Assembly: GCA_951406725.2 (NCBI GenBank)
Contig: OX597833.1
Span: forward strand, 70,060,001-70,124,000
Direction of reading: 5' to 3'
DNA length: 64,000 nucleotides
From: Octopus vulgaris
Lineage: Eukaryota
The position numbers and the translations under genes were made by a program. This document shows positions 44,543-59,291 of the stretch, piece after piece (position 1 is the stretch's first letter; each line of letters begins with the position of its first letter). The notes below the pieces were generated by a model, which made no database searches, was not told the DNA's origin, and saw only the letters and a list, made by a program, of their open reading frames with translations.

Positions 44543-44603
44543 TATTCTGCATTCGAAGGACCGACAGCAACAGTTCGTGTCAAGATGTCTCGGTTTTCTG
44601 CAG
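44543..44603 (+). other. Candidate upstream exon of the lipoxygenase gene (YSAFEGPTATVRVKMSRFSA)
   Basis: tttgtttgtttccatag acceptor and cag|gtaaat donor; open, ends in phase 1 so g+ag joins in frame to the ATG at 52383. No homology support. Confidence 0.3.
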
Positions 44604-44781
44604 GTAAATAATACCAAGAGATGGGTTTTGCTTGATAATTAGATTTTTGTTTTTTTTCTTTTTTTCTTTTTTTTTTCTGGTTGTCATAAGCGGTGTATAA
44701 TGTCCGGAGTCTTTTGTGTGAAGAAAATAAATTCAGGTCAGGTTTTTATAGTTTTCTCTTTCTCTCCTCCTCTTGTTTTTC

Positions 44782-44914
<133 letters not shown>

Positions 44915-45166
44915 GTGTGTGTGTATGTATGTATGTATGTATGTGTTTATGTATGAGTTCTGAGTTCAAATTCCGCCAAGGTGGACTTTGCCTTTCATTC
45001 TTTAGGGCTCGAACACCGAGGTCGATGTAATCGATGTACCCCTCCCCCGAAATTGCTGGCCTCGCGCCAAGATTTGAAACCAATATTTATTTTCTATGAA
45101 CATAAAGACTGACGAAACACTGCTAAGCATTTTGCTCCATGTGTTAACGATTCCGCCAGCTTACCG

Positions 45167-45214
<48 letters not shown>

Positions 45215-45220
<6 letters not shown>

Positions 45221-45412
45221 TAATAAAGGGTTAAATGCAACAAGTTGCTCAAAACCACATACCGAAAATATTAGAAATAGCAGCCAAAATTGGTCACTAT
45301 TTCCTCTACTAGTAAAAAGTCTCCAAATATGGTCTTTTCCATACCGACAAATCTACTAGGTGAAATTGATTAATTTTATTAAATTAATTATATTCCACCC
45401 TTTATTGAATAC

Positions 45413-45416
<4 letters not shown>
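45215..45416. mobile_element. Short TA-embedded element with aataaagggt/accctttatt inverted ends; second copy at 54624-54870 in opposite orientation
   Basis: Internal 'ttagaaatagcagccaaaa...ctatttcctctact...aaaagtctcc' is the reverse complement of sequence at ~54765-54820; both copies lie in (TA)n. Confidence 0.55.
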
Positions 45417-45491
<75 letters not shown>

Positions 45492-45911
45492 GAATATACG
45501 TATATGCATATATATTTTATATATATATATATATATACATGCGTGTTTGTGTGTGAGTATTTGTCTGGCCCTAGTGGAAGAAGCGAGTAAACAGGTCGTT
45601 GCAACAAAAATAGAGTTGAAAAAAGTTTCTCACGAATGAATTTCATTCGCATAATTCAAATGAATCTCCTCTTTTTCTCTCTCTCTGTATCTATGTATCT
45701 ATCTCTCTTTCTCTCTCGTCCTCTCTCTCTCTCTCTTACTGTCTCTCTTTCTCCCCCTCCTCTCTCTCTCTCTCTTTCTCTATTTTCTTTTTTTCTGTAT
45801 TTCAGTCGCTTTGATATACATACACACACACACACACACACACTTATATGAATATATAGAGATATACACACACATATATATGCATAAATATACCCGTACA
45901 CACACACACAA

Positions 45912-46007
<96 letters not shown>

Positions 46008-46045
46008 CCTCTGTCTTTGCTTCTCTGGATCTTTCCTGCTCCTAT

Positions 46046-46080
46046 GTTTCCGACGAAGAGCTCCGCTCGAAACGTTAAAC
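46046..46080 (+). ncRNA. Minimal hammerhead motif (CCGACGA core)
   Basis: GTTT CCGACGA A GAGC-tcc-GCTC GAAAC GTT AAAC; in a ~180 bp element (46005-46184) with (TA)n on both sides. Confidence 0.62.
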
Positions 46081-46179
46081 CCTCCTTCTTTCTTTCTTTC
46101 CTGAGCGTCCAATAATACTATATTTGTTCCACGTCCTCGCGCTGTTGTGTTTTTTTTTTGTGCTTTCTTGTTTGGATTA

Positions 46180-46270
<91 letters not shown>

Positions 46271-46583
46271 GTATGTATATATGTATGTATATGTTGATGC
46301 ATATATCTGCATTTATGCTGCAAAAATTATAAATAACATGACGAGGTAAGACAAAAAAAGAAAACAGGTTTGTGTGCTTGTGTGTTGGTGTGCTTGTGTG
46401 TATGTGTGTATGTGTGTGTCTATGTGTGCATGTGTGTGTGTGCGTGTGTAATAGGAAACAGACTTTTCGTCGGAAGGATAACTTTAACAGAGTGATTGGA
46501 AACTCGCAGTCGTTTTGACACTCGTAAGACAAAAGGCTGAGAGAAATGACTAATGTGTATCAGCAGGAGCAGGTGACATGGAG

Positions 46584-46624
<41 letters not shown>

Positions 46625-46781
46625 GGGGAACAGCAAGAGAGAGAGAGGGAGAGAGTGTTCGGGTGTGATTTATTGCAGTTGTTTCTCCTTTGTAGAATTC
46701 CAGCCGTCAAGCTGTCACTAACAAAGTGGTAACGCTCTTTTGTTTATGGCCAGATAGCTTTTTGAATTTGTGATTCTCTAG

Positions 46782-47932
<1,151 letters not shown>

Positions 47933-48254
47933 TGGCCTGGCGGAGTCGTTAGCACGTCGGACAAAATGCTAAGTGGCATTTCCACCGACTTTAAAACGTT
48001 CTGATTTCGAATCTCTATGAGGTCCACTTTGCATTTCATCTCTTCGTCGGAGGACAATAAAATAGAGAAAGAGTCAAGTACTGGGGCCGACCTAATCGAC
48101 TTCTGCCTTCCCTTCAAAATTACTCTCTTTGAACGGTACAGTGAATTGTCGACCTGTTCATGGAGAATGTTCTCATTCAGGTCAGTTAAATGCCATGGAA
48201 ACTGAGTAGCCAGCCTAATGAGTGCGTGTGCTAAAGAAAAATATAGAAAAAATC

Positions 48255-48547
48255 AATTGAGCGAAAGACCAACAAAGCTCCTTGTAACACAAAAGATGAA
48301 CTGAAGGCAAGGATTATGGCAGCATTTACCAACTTAAACAGGGAGACCGTCCAGAAGAGTTGCAGAAAATTCCGAAGTTGTCTGGAGGCCGTGGTTGAAG
48401 CCAATCGCGATTTTATTGAATAAATTTTACTCTTTAGCATTTCAAAATACTTTTATGTAATTTTGGTAAACATATCTGTTAAAATGAGATGTCGGTATTA
48501 TTTTCATTTTTGCGTAGTTTAGACGACAGCTTATTCATCGCACCCTG
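48255..48547 (+). mobile_element. Tc1/mariner-superfamily transposase C-terminal relic with right TIR
   Basis: ERKTNKAPCNTKDELKARIMAAFTNLNRETVQKSCRKFRSCLEAVVEANRDFIE*; terminus ...catcgcaccctg (CAGGGTG-type TIR). Confidence 0.75.
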
Positions 48548-48554
48548 TGTGTGT

Positions 48555-48631
<77 letters not shown>

Positions 48632-48642
48632 CATACATACAT

Positions 48643-48940
48643 ACATAAATATGAGAGAGAATCCACTATGTGGACGCTCTTACGCTAGATATAGATCCGC
48701 AAATGGACTCAACCACTAAGAATTGTTCTCAAGAAAAAAAAAATGAGAACAATTCTTAGTGGTTGGATCCATTTGCGGATCTATATCTAGCGTAAGAGCG
48801 TCCACATAGTGGATTCTCTCTCGTATTTGTGTATTAATAGTATTTACTGAATCTCAGTCTTTTATACGCTAGGCCACTGGTGTTTAAATTGATGTTATTA
48901 AATTAATATCCAATTTTTGCACCCTCATTTTGACTTTAAT

Positions 48941-48942
<2 letters not shown>
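48643..48942 (+). mobile_element. Fold-back fragment related to the 35031 element
   Basis: ~89 bp inverted arms (48643-48731 / 48744-48832); shares gtggac...gctagatatag...caaat...gttctca and the 3' ccactgg...accct..aattata end with the 35031 element. Confidence 0.55.
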
Positions 48943-49012
<70 letters not shown>

Positions 49013-49415
49013 TATATAAGTGCGGGGTGTATATTTGTGTCTCTCTGGCTACTCCCACAGTATTTATTCATATTTAGTCAATGCTATTAGTTGACTTCCT
49101 TTTGTAAAGTGAACCAACTCGACAACAAACCGGTGCTCGCAAGTTTTCTCCTGCAGTTGTCAGCTACATAGCAGCAGGTCAGTATTAATTCTCGTAACGT
49201 TATTTAAAACCTACCAACGTCTACTAATTTACTTAACTACTAACCTACATTTTACGTGTCCAGTCTTCTATCAATCTATCTACTTATCTTTCTATACGTG
49301 TACAAATCTATCCATCTGTCTGTCTTTTTTTGTAAGATGGATGTACATAAATATTTAGACGTATATATAACTATATATATATATGGGTGTGTGTCTGTAC
49401 ATATATTTGAACATG

Positions 49416-49451
<36 letters not shown>

Positions 49452-49453
<2 letters not shown>

Positions 49454-49689
49454 CGTAAAGTATACTAGCCATCTCAATATGGCTAACCACTAAGGGTGGG
49501 TGTTACTGTAGCTTTTAGCTCCAGGAGATCATCGTCTCCAGCTGGCTTTAGGCACACTTTCTGAGCCCTTATGATATTTGCAAAGGGCACAGAAAGTGTG
49601 ACTAAAGCCAGCTTGAATCTCCTGGGGCAGCTACAGTAACACCCACCCTTAGTGGTTAGCCATATAGAGATGGCTAGTATACTTACGTT
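49452..49689. mobile_element. Fold-back/MITE-like element related to 3485-3747
   Basis: ~120 bp inverted arms aacgtaa...ggctaaccactaagggtgggtgttactgtagct...ccagctggct...cactttctg / reverse complement. Confidence 0.7.
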
Positions 49690-49733
49690 GTCGAGCAGTT
49701 ACTGTTTACATCTCGTTCAGAGATTTATTATTG

Positions 49734-49777
<44 letters not shown>

Positions 49778-49810
49778 GTATATGAATAAATATATATTTA
49801 TATATGCAGT

Positions 49811-49912
<102 letters not shown>

Positions 49913-50409
49913 TGTCTGTCTGTCTGTTTGTGTCCCAATTTTACTACAATCCGACTGAGAATATATATCCGGCCCGAATTTCGAAGTTACTGTCACCGCT
50001 TGCCTTGTAAATGTATAATGAATGACCACTCTGCAAAAATCCATTGAGTAATTCTCCAGTTAAACAATAAAATGTTTGTTATTACAGCCAGACAACAAGA
50101 CAAAGACACCAATTCATATATATGTATATACATATGTAAACAACCATCGCTATATGTACATATACGTAGATAGATATCCGTTGCAAATGTCGGGTATAGA
50201 GCTAGCAAATTCGGGTGAGGTACTGAGTCGTTTATATCGACGCCAGTTCTCAATTAGTAATCATTTCATTGACGCCACCCTTTTATCAATGAAAGGCAAA
50301 ATTGACCCCGGAGGAATTTGAATTCAGATCGTAAAGACGGACGAAATGCCGCTAAGTATTTTGCCCGGCAACCCAACGAATCTACCAGCTCGCTGTCTTA
50401 TAATATATA

Positions 50410-50483
<74 letters not shown>

Positions 50484-50670
50484 TTTACTACCCACAAGGG
50501 GCTGAACACAAAGGGAACAAACAAGGACAGAAAACGGATTAAGTCGATTACATCGACACATACGCCATTGAAACCGGTAAAGCGGGCCCTGAGCCTGGCT
50601 AGGCTTTAAAAGGCCGCATTTATATATTGTTATTATATAAGTATTTATACACTTATATATGTATATGTAA

Positions 50671-50730
<60 letters not shown>

Positions 50731-51067
50731 ACGTGTGTGTATGTATGTGTGTGTATACATTACTGCAGAGAAGGTCAATGTACGCATGGGCGAGGCGATC
50801 GACCAGTCTATTGTCTTCCCGCCATCTTCTTTTCAATACAGATTTTCTATGCCCTCCCCCTCCACCATCACCACCACCACCAGCGACCTATTTACTTCTC
50901 TTCTTTCTTAAATATTTTACTGTTTAGACAAACAATATGTCTCTTGCAACCTGAATGAATTCGTTTCGTCAAAACCTGCTACACAGGCCTTCATGCGTAA
51001 TGTCACACAGTCACGTACACACACATGCACCAGGTAATTATATACAGGTGCATGGACGTATGAATAT

Positions 51068-51113
<46 letters not shown>

Positions 51114-51124
51114 CTATTTAAATA

Positions 51125-51343
51125 CTCTTTTACTCTTTTACTTGTTTCAGTCATTTGACTGCGGCCATGCTGGAGCACCGCCTCTAGTCGAGCATATCGA
51201 CCCCGGGACTTATTCTTTGTAAGCCCAGTACTTATTCTATCGGTCTCTTTTGCCGAACCGCTAAATGATGGGGACGTAAACACACTAGCATCGGTTGTCA
51301 AGCAATGCTAGGGGGACAAACACAGACCCACAAACACACACAC

Positions 51344-51386
<43 letters not shown>

Positions 51387-51558
51387 CATATATACGACAG
51401 GCTTCTTTCAGTTTCCGTCTACCAAATCCACTCACAAGGCTGTGGTTGTCCCGGGGCTATAGCAGAAGACACTTGCCCAAGATGCCACACAGTGGGACTG
51501 AACCCGGAACCATGTGGTTGGTTAGCATGCTACTTACCACACAGCCACTCCTGCGCCT
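51125..51558 (-). mobile_element. SINE family B
   Basis: Near-identical reverse complement of the 15742 copy; a further 3' half follows at ~51640-51835 (+). Confidence 0.9.
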
Positions 51559-52382
51559 ATATATATATGTATATATATGTATATATATATGTGTGTGTGT
51601 ATATACATATATACGTAAATATAGATATAGGTATATGTATATATTTGTATGTCCGGGCTTGTCCCCCACCATGCTTGACAACCGATGTTGGTGTGTTTAT
51701 GTCCCGTAAATTAGCGGTTCGGCAAAAAGTCACCTGTAGAATAAATACCAGGCTTATATTTGTTCGACTGAAGGTGGTGCTCCAGCATGGCTGCGGTCAA
51801 AGATTGAAGCAAGTAAGAAACAAGCAAAAGAAATAAAAAAATATCTATATCTATCTCTCTCTCTCTCTCTCTCTCTCCCTATATATATATATATATATAT
51901 ACATATATATAATGATTTTTCATAGAGTTAGTGAATCTAATAATTTTTGGTTACATCTCAGTGAGCATTTGGCTCAGAGTAAGGAGTACAGAGCAGAGTA
52001 TGAAATTAAGGGAAAGAGTAAGGAACAGGAATCGTGTAATCAATTTAGTTGCCTTACAGCTGTTTCTGCGATGGGAAACAGAGTCAGCATTTGCGTATGT
52101 CAGATGTGTGTGTGTGTGTGTGCGCGCGTGCATGTTAGCTGGTTGTTACTCTTTACACTTTTCTTATTTACGTTTTCTTATTTGTTTCATTATCCAGCTT
52201 TTTGCTTGCTTCTTAAATTTACTGATAGACATAGGTCTTCTTTCATTTTACAGGAATTTAACGGTCAGTATTTTCATTGGAACTTACGTTTGTGTTGTTA
52301 CTATATATACCTGCGTTTGTGTCTTTGATATAATATAATGTAAAATGATAGTTTCGTCTTTTGTTTTTCCATATAAACAGAG

Positions 52383-52865
52383 ATGGGTCTTATGCAATCA
52401 AAAAATAGCATTACACTCCGGATTCGAACCGGTGACCAGAAAGGGGCACAGACTGATGCTAACGTTTATGTTATGTTATACGATACTTCGGATAACACCA
52501 GTGAGAAGATCCTTGTGGACAACTGGAAAGATGATTTTAAAATCGGGGCCCTCGACACTTTTAATATTGAACTCCCGGAATCGTTCACAGAAGTGAAAAA
52601 AATTGAACTTTGGACCGAAAAGGCTACAATCGAATTAACATCTTCTACTTGGTTCATACAAACAGTGGAATTGGTCCGTGGGCTGACTAGAAAGAGCGTA
52701 GTGTTTCCTGTTTTCCGTTGGATAAGGCCATCCGTCCATTATTCCCTTTATCCTTGGGATGCATTCTTACCACAGAATGATCCGGATAAGGAGCAACGAG
52801 AAAACGAAATCAAGTACAAACGTGAGATATACAAGGTAAAATATGAAGAAGGATCTCCTGTCATG
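52383..52865 (+). CDS. Lipoxygenase (animal arachidonate-LOX / AOS-LOX-like family), coding exon 1: PLAT/LH2 domain and linker
   Basis: Reads MGLMQSK...IRTGDQKGAQTDANVYVMLY...FKIGALDTF...WFIQTVEL...FPVFRWI...FLPQNDPDKEQRENEI...GSPVM, matching PLAT motifs TGD..GA.TDANV and FPxxRW. Acceptor ...atataaacag at 52380, donor gtgagt at 52866; 483 nt, phase 0. Confidence 0.93.
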
Positions 52866-53820
52866 GTGAGTATATTTTTAGAATGTTCAAATACAATCTA
52901 TATTCATTTTTATCTTTTAAGATGTTTTCGCAATTCAGAGAACGAATTGTAGCAAAGATCAAAGAACAATTAACAAAAGGTAGCGAAGTCAGTACAGAAA
53001 TCACGACTTTGATCTTGTATAATCCGCAAGTAAAATCTTGTATAATCTGCAAGTAATGATTTCTCAAAGTTATTTCATATTTCTTATATTTTATTTATTG
53101 TATTTTATTGCATTTATTCATCTATTTTGCAATTGTTTATGAAATTCTTGAAACTGCAAAGAGCGTCGAAATAATCACAGTTATTATATCTTAAATCCAG
53201 TATTCTCCAGAGGTGGACTACTATGCGCCAGGGATTAAATGATAAAAAGAGAAAGAGTTTCAAACGCTATCTCTCTGATGTTTGCTTATTCTGATTTGAA
53301 CTCAGAACGTAACGGCGTGCTAATGTTTGTGCCAGCTCGCCGCTTTAATTAATTCAGAAACATTGTTCACTCCGAATGCTGAGGTAAAAATTCGATGGGG
53401 CTCTATTTTGAATATAATGTCACCGTCTAACTTAACTGAGATCAAATAAATAAATACCAGTAATGTACTGGGGTTCGATGATCCAGTTCACTACACGCCC
53501 ATCTACCTGTCTTTTTTTGTTTTAAAATAATAAAATCATAAAAATACCCGACATGGTGCCAAGATCATAGATTATGTAAGGGGTGGGGGAATAAAGGTGA
53601 TCGCATCAACATAGTATTGAGTGCTACTTAATATTATCGATATCTTCGACAGGAATCGTCGAAGTCAAACCTGAGAGAATTTCGCCTCGGAACATAAAGA
53701 GACACTAGATCAACTTGATGGACGCTCTACCGATTCTAATAATCCGCTGCCGTGAACATGATTAATAATAAGAATATGTTAAATATCTTTTCAAAACATT
53801 TTCTATTTTTACTTGAACAG

Positions 53821-53865
53821 TTGAAAAGTCTGCCGGCTGATGAAGAATTCTCAAAAGAATATCAG
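53821..53865 (+). CDS. Lipoxygenase coding exon 2 (LKSLPADEEFSKEYQ)
   Basis: Acceptor ttgaacag, donor gtaaga; 45 nt, phase 0/0; LP.DE.F motif typical of the LOX catalytic-domain start. Confidence 0.88.
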
Positions 53866-53938
53866 GTAAGACAATTGATAATAAAAGTATTTTACACAAC
53901 TCTACGTGTGTGTAGATATAGGTATATGGGTGCATAAC

Positions 53939-53991
<53 letters not shown>

Positions 53992-54899
53992 ATACATATA
54001 AATTTGACATGGGCGATTCTATCTTGTCTTGGGATTTGCGGTCAAACAAACGGCTGGGTGGAATTGCGTGAAAACTTACACAGATGTGTAGAATGATCCG
54101 GTGGTGTTGCTGGGCTTTGTATTTTCTTAACTCCCATGGTTACAGAAATAATCTACTATGATAATGCATATACTATAATATATGTAAATATATATATATG
54201 TATATATATTTGTGTGTGTATATATATATATATATATAATCCTTCGAAACGTAGAGTAGATGAAACCTTAGCGACTGAAGAAGGGGATTTTTTCGTTGTG
54301 CTTATTGTCCTGTATCTCTTTTTTTCTTTTTTGCTTGTCCTGTTCCTTGGTTTGTGTCTATGTTTTTCGTCTCTCTATGTGTTCGACGTCTTTTTGGTGT
54401 CCTGTACACATATATGCGTGTATATGTACATGTAGAGGTAGGTACGTACATATATGTTTATATATATGCATATGTTCTATTTTATTAACATATATATATA
54501 TATATATATTTGGGGGGGGGCTTTTACATACCGAAATCTACTTGGTGTAATTGATAATTATCCCTAATTAATTAATTTCACCCTTTTATTATTACTGATA
54601 ACTATATATATATATATATATATGTAGTCAATAATAAAAGGGTAAAATTGATTAATTATTAATTAATAATTTTACCAAGTAGTGTTCAGTATGTAAAAAG
54701 ACCATTTACGGTATATTTACGGTATATATACCTGCGTGAATTATTTTTGAGTATACATTGTCTGGGAGACTTTTCTTATAGTAGAGGAAATAGCTAAAAT
54801 TTTTTGGCTGCTATTTCTAAAAGTTCGGTGTGTGGTAAAGTAAATTTTTTTTACTAAACCCTAATTATATAACGTAATATTTATATATATAAATATAAT

Positions 54900-55471
<572 letters not shown>

Positions 55472-55770
55472 CATGTATAAGATATTCTCTGTACCAAGAA
55501 ACTCGACCTCACATTTTACTGGCAAAAAAGCATGCAACAGTGATTCTCGACAGGGCGTACGCTGACAATATCAACACGCGGAAGCCGTTAGATATTGCAT
55601 TTCTACATCTAGAGCAAAATATCCGTGTGTGTGTGTGTGTGTGTTATGAATGGAGAAAGAGGATAAGGAAAGCAATGCAAGAATCCACAGCGCGTCGAAC
55701 AAATACGCCGCAAGTGTTTGATAACATTTCGCACGCCAAACTACACGAAACTTTTATTTATTTGTTCCAG

Positions 55771-55898
55771 CGGCAAATATTTCTGCGAAATGGGATACAA
55801 AGCTGAAAAATTTGGTTAGTGAAATCACAACAGGTTCCTGGGAGAATCTGGAAGACCTGGATAATATTTACTCTAAGGAAGGGATTCCAAAGCCAAGA
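55771..55898 (+). CDS. Lipoxygenase coding exon 3 (...[37 protein letters not shown]), with apparent 1-nt frameshift
   Basis: Strong acceptor ttatttatttgttccag, donor aga|gtaagt; W..LEDL..IY motif. The exon is 128 nt although both neighbours need phase 0; phase-0 reading gives [11 protein letters not shown]. Confidence 0.8.
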
Positions 55899-56094
55899 GT
55901 AAGTTCCTTAAATATTTTCTTTGTCAATATCGAGCATTTGCGAATAATACAGATGGTTTTATGTTTACAATATCACATAAACTTATCAAAATCTACAAAA
56001 CGTAATAAATAAATATATACATATATATATACACGCAGATACACACACACACGCACACACACATACATACACTCACACAAACACACACACACAC

Positions 56095-56250
56095 ACGTGG
56101 GATGTTCATTAAATATCTTCCCTGATCCACTTCCCAAGGACTGGGATAAACGAAACTTGTCATAATTATTAGTCCTTCTCTACATGGCCATCACCAATGG
56201 CGATACAGTTCTCCCATCTCCCTCGGAGATCAGTTCCTCATCATCCGAAA
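56095..56250 (-). mobile_element. Mariner 3' end relic in LOX intron 3
   Basis: - strand DLRGRWENCIAIGDGHVEKD* resembles the mariner C-terminus (RWEKCI...GDYVEK); TIR-like cgtgggatgttca end. Confidence 0.55.
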
Positions 56251-56662
56251 AGTGGAGAATGAGAGATGATCAAAAGCTTTCCTTTCGTCACTTTTACCTC
56301 AATTTAACTGAAATATGTATCTCTTGCTAAATTTTCCAAACTATCTTTTTTGAAAAACAGTAATGATTTAGAGGACATATGGAACCCATTGCTAGTAAGT
56401 CGAGCAAATACAGCAATTCTGGTGCGTCGCACAAATTGTCTTACAATATTTAGTGAGGCTTGTCACTTTCTGTTCTTCTTTCGAATATTGCCAAGATAAA
56501 CGTTGCCTTTTAATCTTCCGGTATCGTTAAATATATACTAATCAGCTAATGTAATTAGATCTTAATTAACTACACACACACCCCTTTACAGTTAATACTG
56601 GAGGCCATGTGTCTGTATTAGGAACCAATGCTTAAATTTGCTGTCTTTATTATACACCACAG

Positions 56663-56760
56663 GCTTGTGCATATTGGAAAGAAGACACGTGGTTTGGATA
56701 TCAACGACTTAACGGTTGTAACCCCAAATCTATAAAATTGTGTGAAGAAATCCCTTCAAA
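56663..56760 (+). CDS. Lipoxygenase coding exon 4 ([32 protein letters not shown])
   Basis: Hallmark W..D..FG.Q.LNG.NP motif; acceptor caccacag, donor gtaagt; 98 nt, phase 0/2. Not in the ORF track. Confidence 0.93.
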
Positions 56761-57154
56761 GTAAGTCAATATTTTCCCTGTTTAGAACAACTGTATATTT
56801 AAACAAAAATAATTTAAATATTTGGAGCTCACCAAGCATCTCCAAATCCACGGATTATTTCAGTCGCTTTTAAGATAATCTTGTTTTTAAATTTATTTTT
56901 AAACATTCATTGCTTTCTCGGAGAAAAATTCCGTTTGTTTCGTCTTTTTTTTTCTTATCGTTTCCCTCTTCCCTGCTTTTTCATTTGTCTCTGTGACAGA
57001 CAAGGTGCAAGCGTAGCTGTACGTTAAGAAATCGGATTCCCGGCCACATGGTTCCGGGTTCAGTCCCTCTATATGTCTTCTACTATAGCCTCGGGTCGAC
57101 AAAAGCCTTCAGAGTAGATTTGGTGTGCGGAAACTAAAAGAAACCTATCATGTA

Positions 57155-57220
<66 letters not shown>

Positions 57221-57289
57221 AGATCGGTAGCCACTACACATATTTTTTCCTCTTCTTGTTTCTCTCCTTGTTTTGTTTTTTCTGTTTAC

Positions 57290-57325
57290 CTTTCTGTAGA
57301 AGAGCGTGGGCTCGAAACGTTAAAG
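57290..57325 (+). ncRNA. Minimal hammerhead motif (CUGUAGA core), sense orientation in LOX intron 4
   Basis: CTTT CTGTAGA A GAGC-gtgg-GCTC GAAAC GTT AAAG; in element 57218-57419 flanked by (TA)n. Confidence 0.55.
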
Positions 57326-57415
57326 ACTTTTTTTCAATTCCTGAGCTTTATACTAATACATCTGTTTGTTTTCTACACCACCTGTTTTCGTCTTTTGTTT
57401 TTTTCGTGAATTCTC

Positions 57416-57467
<52 letters not shown>

Positions 57468-57537
57468 CAATTTTCTGTATGTTATATGTGTTTGTAAGTC
57501 CTGGTGTTTTTGTTATGTATTTGTATCATCATCATCA

Positions 57538-57572
<35 letters not shown>

Positions 57573-57617
57573 GTTGTTGTTGTTGTTGTTGTTATTTTAA
57601 TTTCTTCCTTCTTTTAG

Positions 57618-57750
57618 ACTTGGTGTGGATGAAGACTTGATGAAACCAATTCTGAACGGAAAAACATTGGAAGAATTAATCCAAGAGAAACGACTGTTTT
57701 ACACAGACTTGGAAATTTTAGAAGACATTTGCCACAAAGAACAATATGAT
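57618..57750 (+). CDS. Lipoxygenase coding exon 5 (KLGVDEDLMKPILNGKTLEELIQEKRLFYTDLEILEDICHKEQYD)
   Basis: Acceptor cttccttcttttag, donor gtaagt; 133 nt, phase 2/0, completes the split Lys codon from exon 4; TLEE....RLF..D motif. Confidence 0.92.
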
Positions 57751-58684
57751 GTAAGTTACACGCACACTCATGCACACGCACACATACACACATATGACAA
57801 AGATATGTACACATACACACATGAAGACAGTCACATTCATACGTAGCAGAACAAATGAAAATGCGATAGCTTCTCTGATGACTCACCGGTTTCAATCTGA
57901 GCGGAACCGGTGATTTTTAATGCACTTCATTAGAAGTGGGCTCATTAAAACAGCGTAAAATATCCTTTACTATAGATTACTATAGATGTAACAAATGCGT
58001 AAACACACACACACACACACACACAGAACTGATAATACTGAAAACAGCAAAACGTACACATGCGAAGTTCAAGCGAAACGAAATGTACTCAATATAGGTG
58101 CAAAACATACTTCCTATAGCATAGTTGTGCTGTAAAACATTTTCTAGGGAATGTTTCCCAAAGAAATATTCCAGCGTCGGAAAGTCACCAACTTAGCAAA
58201 AATTTACCAATGTATCAAAGTACAGAAAGTCAGCATTTATTTGGAACAGGTACTGACTGTTATAAAATTCAGGATTGAATGTGACGGTGAAAAAAAGTGC
58301 GGCTCCAAGAAAATTCAGAAAGCATGATTCAATTTTTCATACAAAAATAATTTATTATTTTACAATTTTTAAACGAACATTGAAGAATATTTCAAGTACA
58401 ACGGAATATGCCGCTGTTGTGAACGTAAATTAATTTAAGACATTTGCTGAAGGAGGCATATAGCAAGACATAAATTAATTTGACATCACTTAATATATAT
58501 TTTCACTGTGGAATAAATACTGAATAATGTAGTAAAATGTTTGCGCAGCGTTGAATACTCACACTGATAAGGCAGCATAACAGGAATACGATAAGAACGC
58601 TAAGACTGTTAAAAAAGTATTACCTTCAAACTGGTTATAAGGACTGGAATAGCGTTTCCGTAATTATATTGGAAGAGCTGCTGA

Positions 58685-58717
<33 letters not shown>

Positions 58718-58814
58718 CGGGAAGCTTTATGAAAATAAACAAAAGACGAAGGCAGGTGGAAAACAAACGAACAATTGTATTAGTATGGCGCTCAGGAAAT
58801 ATAAATAAAACAAG

Positions 58815-58852
58815 TCTTTAACGTTTCGAGCCTACGCTCTTCAACAGAAAGA
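58815..58852 (-). ncRNA. Minimal hammerhead motif (CUGUUGA core) in LOX intron 5
   Basis: - strand TCTTT CTGTTGA A GAGC-gtag-GCTC GAAAC GTT AAAGA; element 58716-58865 between TA runs. Confidence 0.55.
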
Positions 58853-59221
58853 TACACAGAGAGAGATATATATATATAACCAGAATAACATATTTTTTCA
58901 GACATATTTTTTCAGACATATTTGCAAGTGTTGAAGGTGCTGTCAAATCCAACCAAATCTTCACGTTGGTTATAGAAACCAGAATAATATTTCAGCACAT
59001 AAGTAGTGATAATTGTTAATGCTGTTTAAACTGCAACTCTCCATGATGGAAAGGAAAATTCAAACAGTGGAACTTCAACGAGAATGTTGTAGTTCGTTCA
59101 ACGTTCAGGACGCAACTAAACTATACTCTTTCAAAATCGGCGCGTACACTCACATACATATACTAAGACAGACACACACAGAAATACATTAAAGCACACG
59201 TCATGCCTATCTCTGTCCCTC

Positions 59222-59255
<34 letters not shown>

Positions 59256-59258
59256 TAC

Positions 59259-59291
<33 letters not shown>

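Noticed and set aside
57872-57915. ctgatga followed by hairpin tcaccggtt...aaccggtga
   Set aside because: Order of elements does not fit a hammerhead; single small hairpin.
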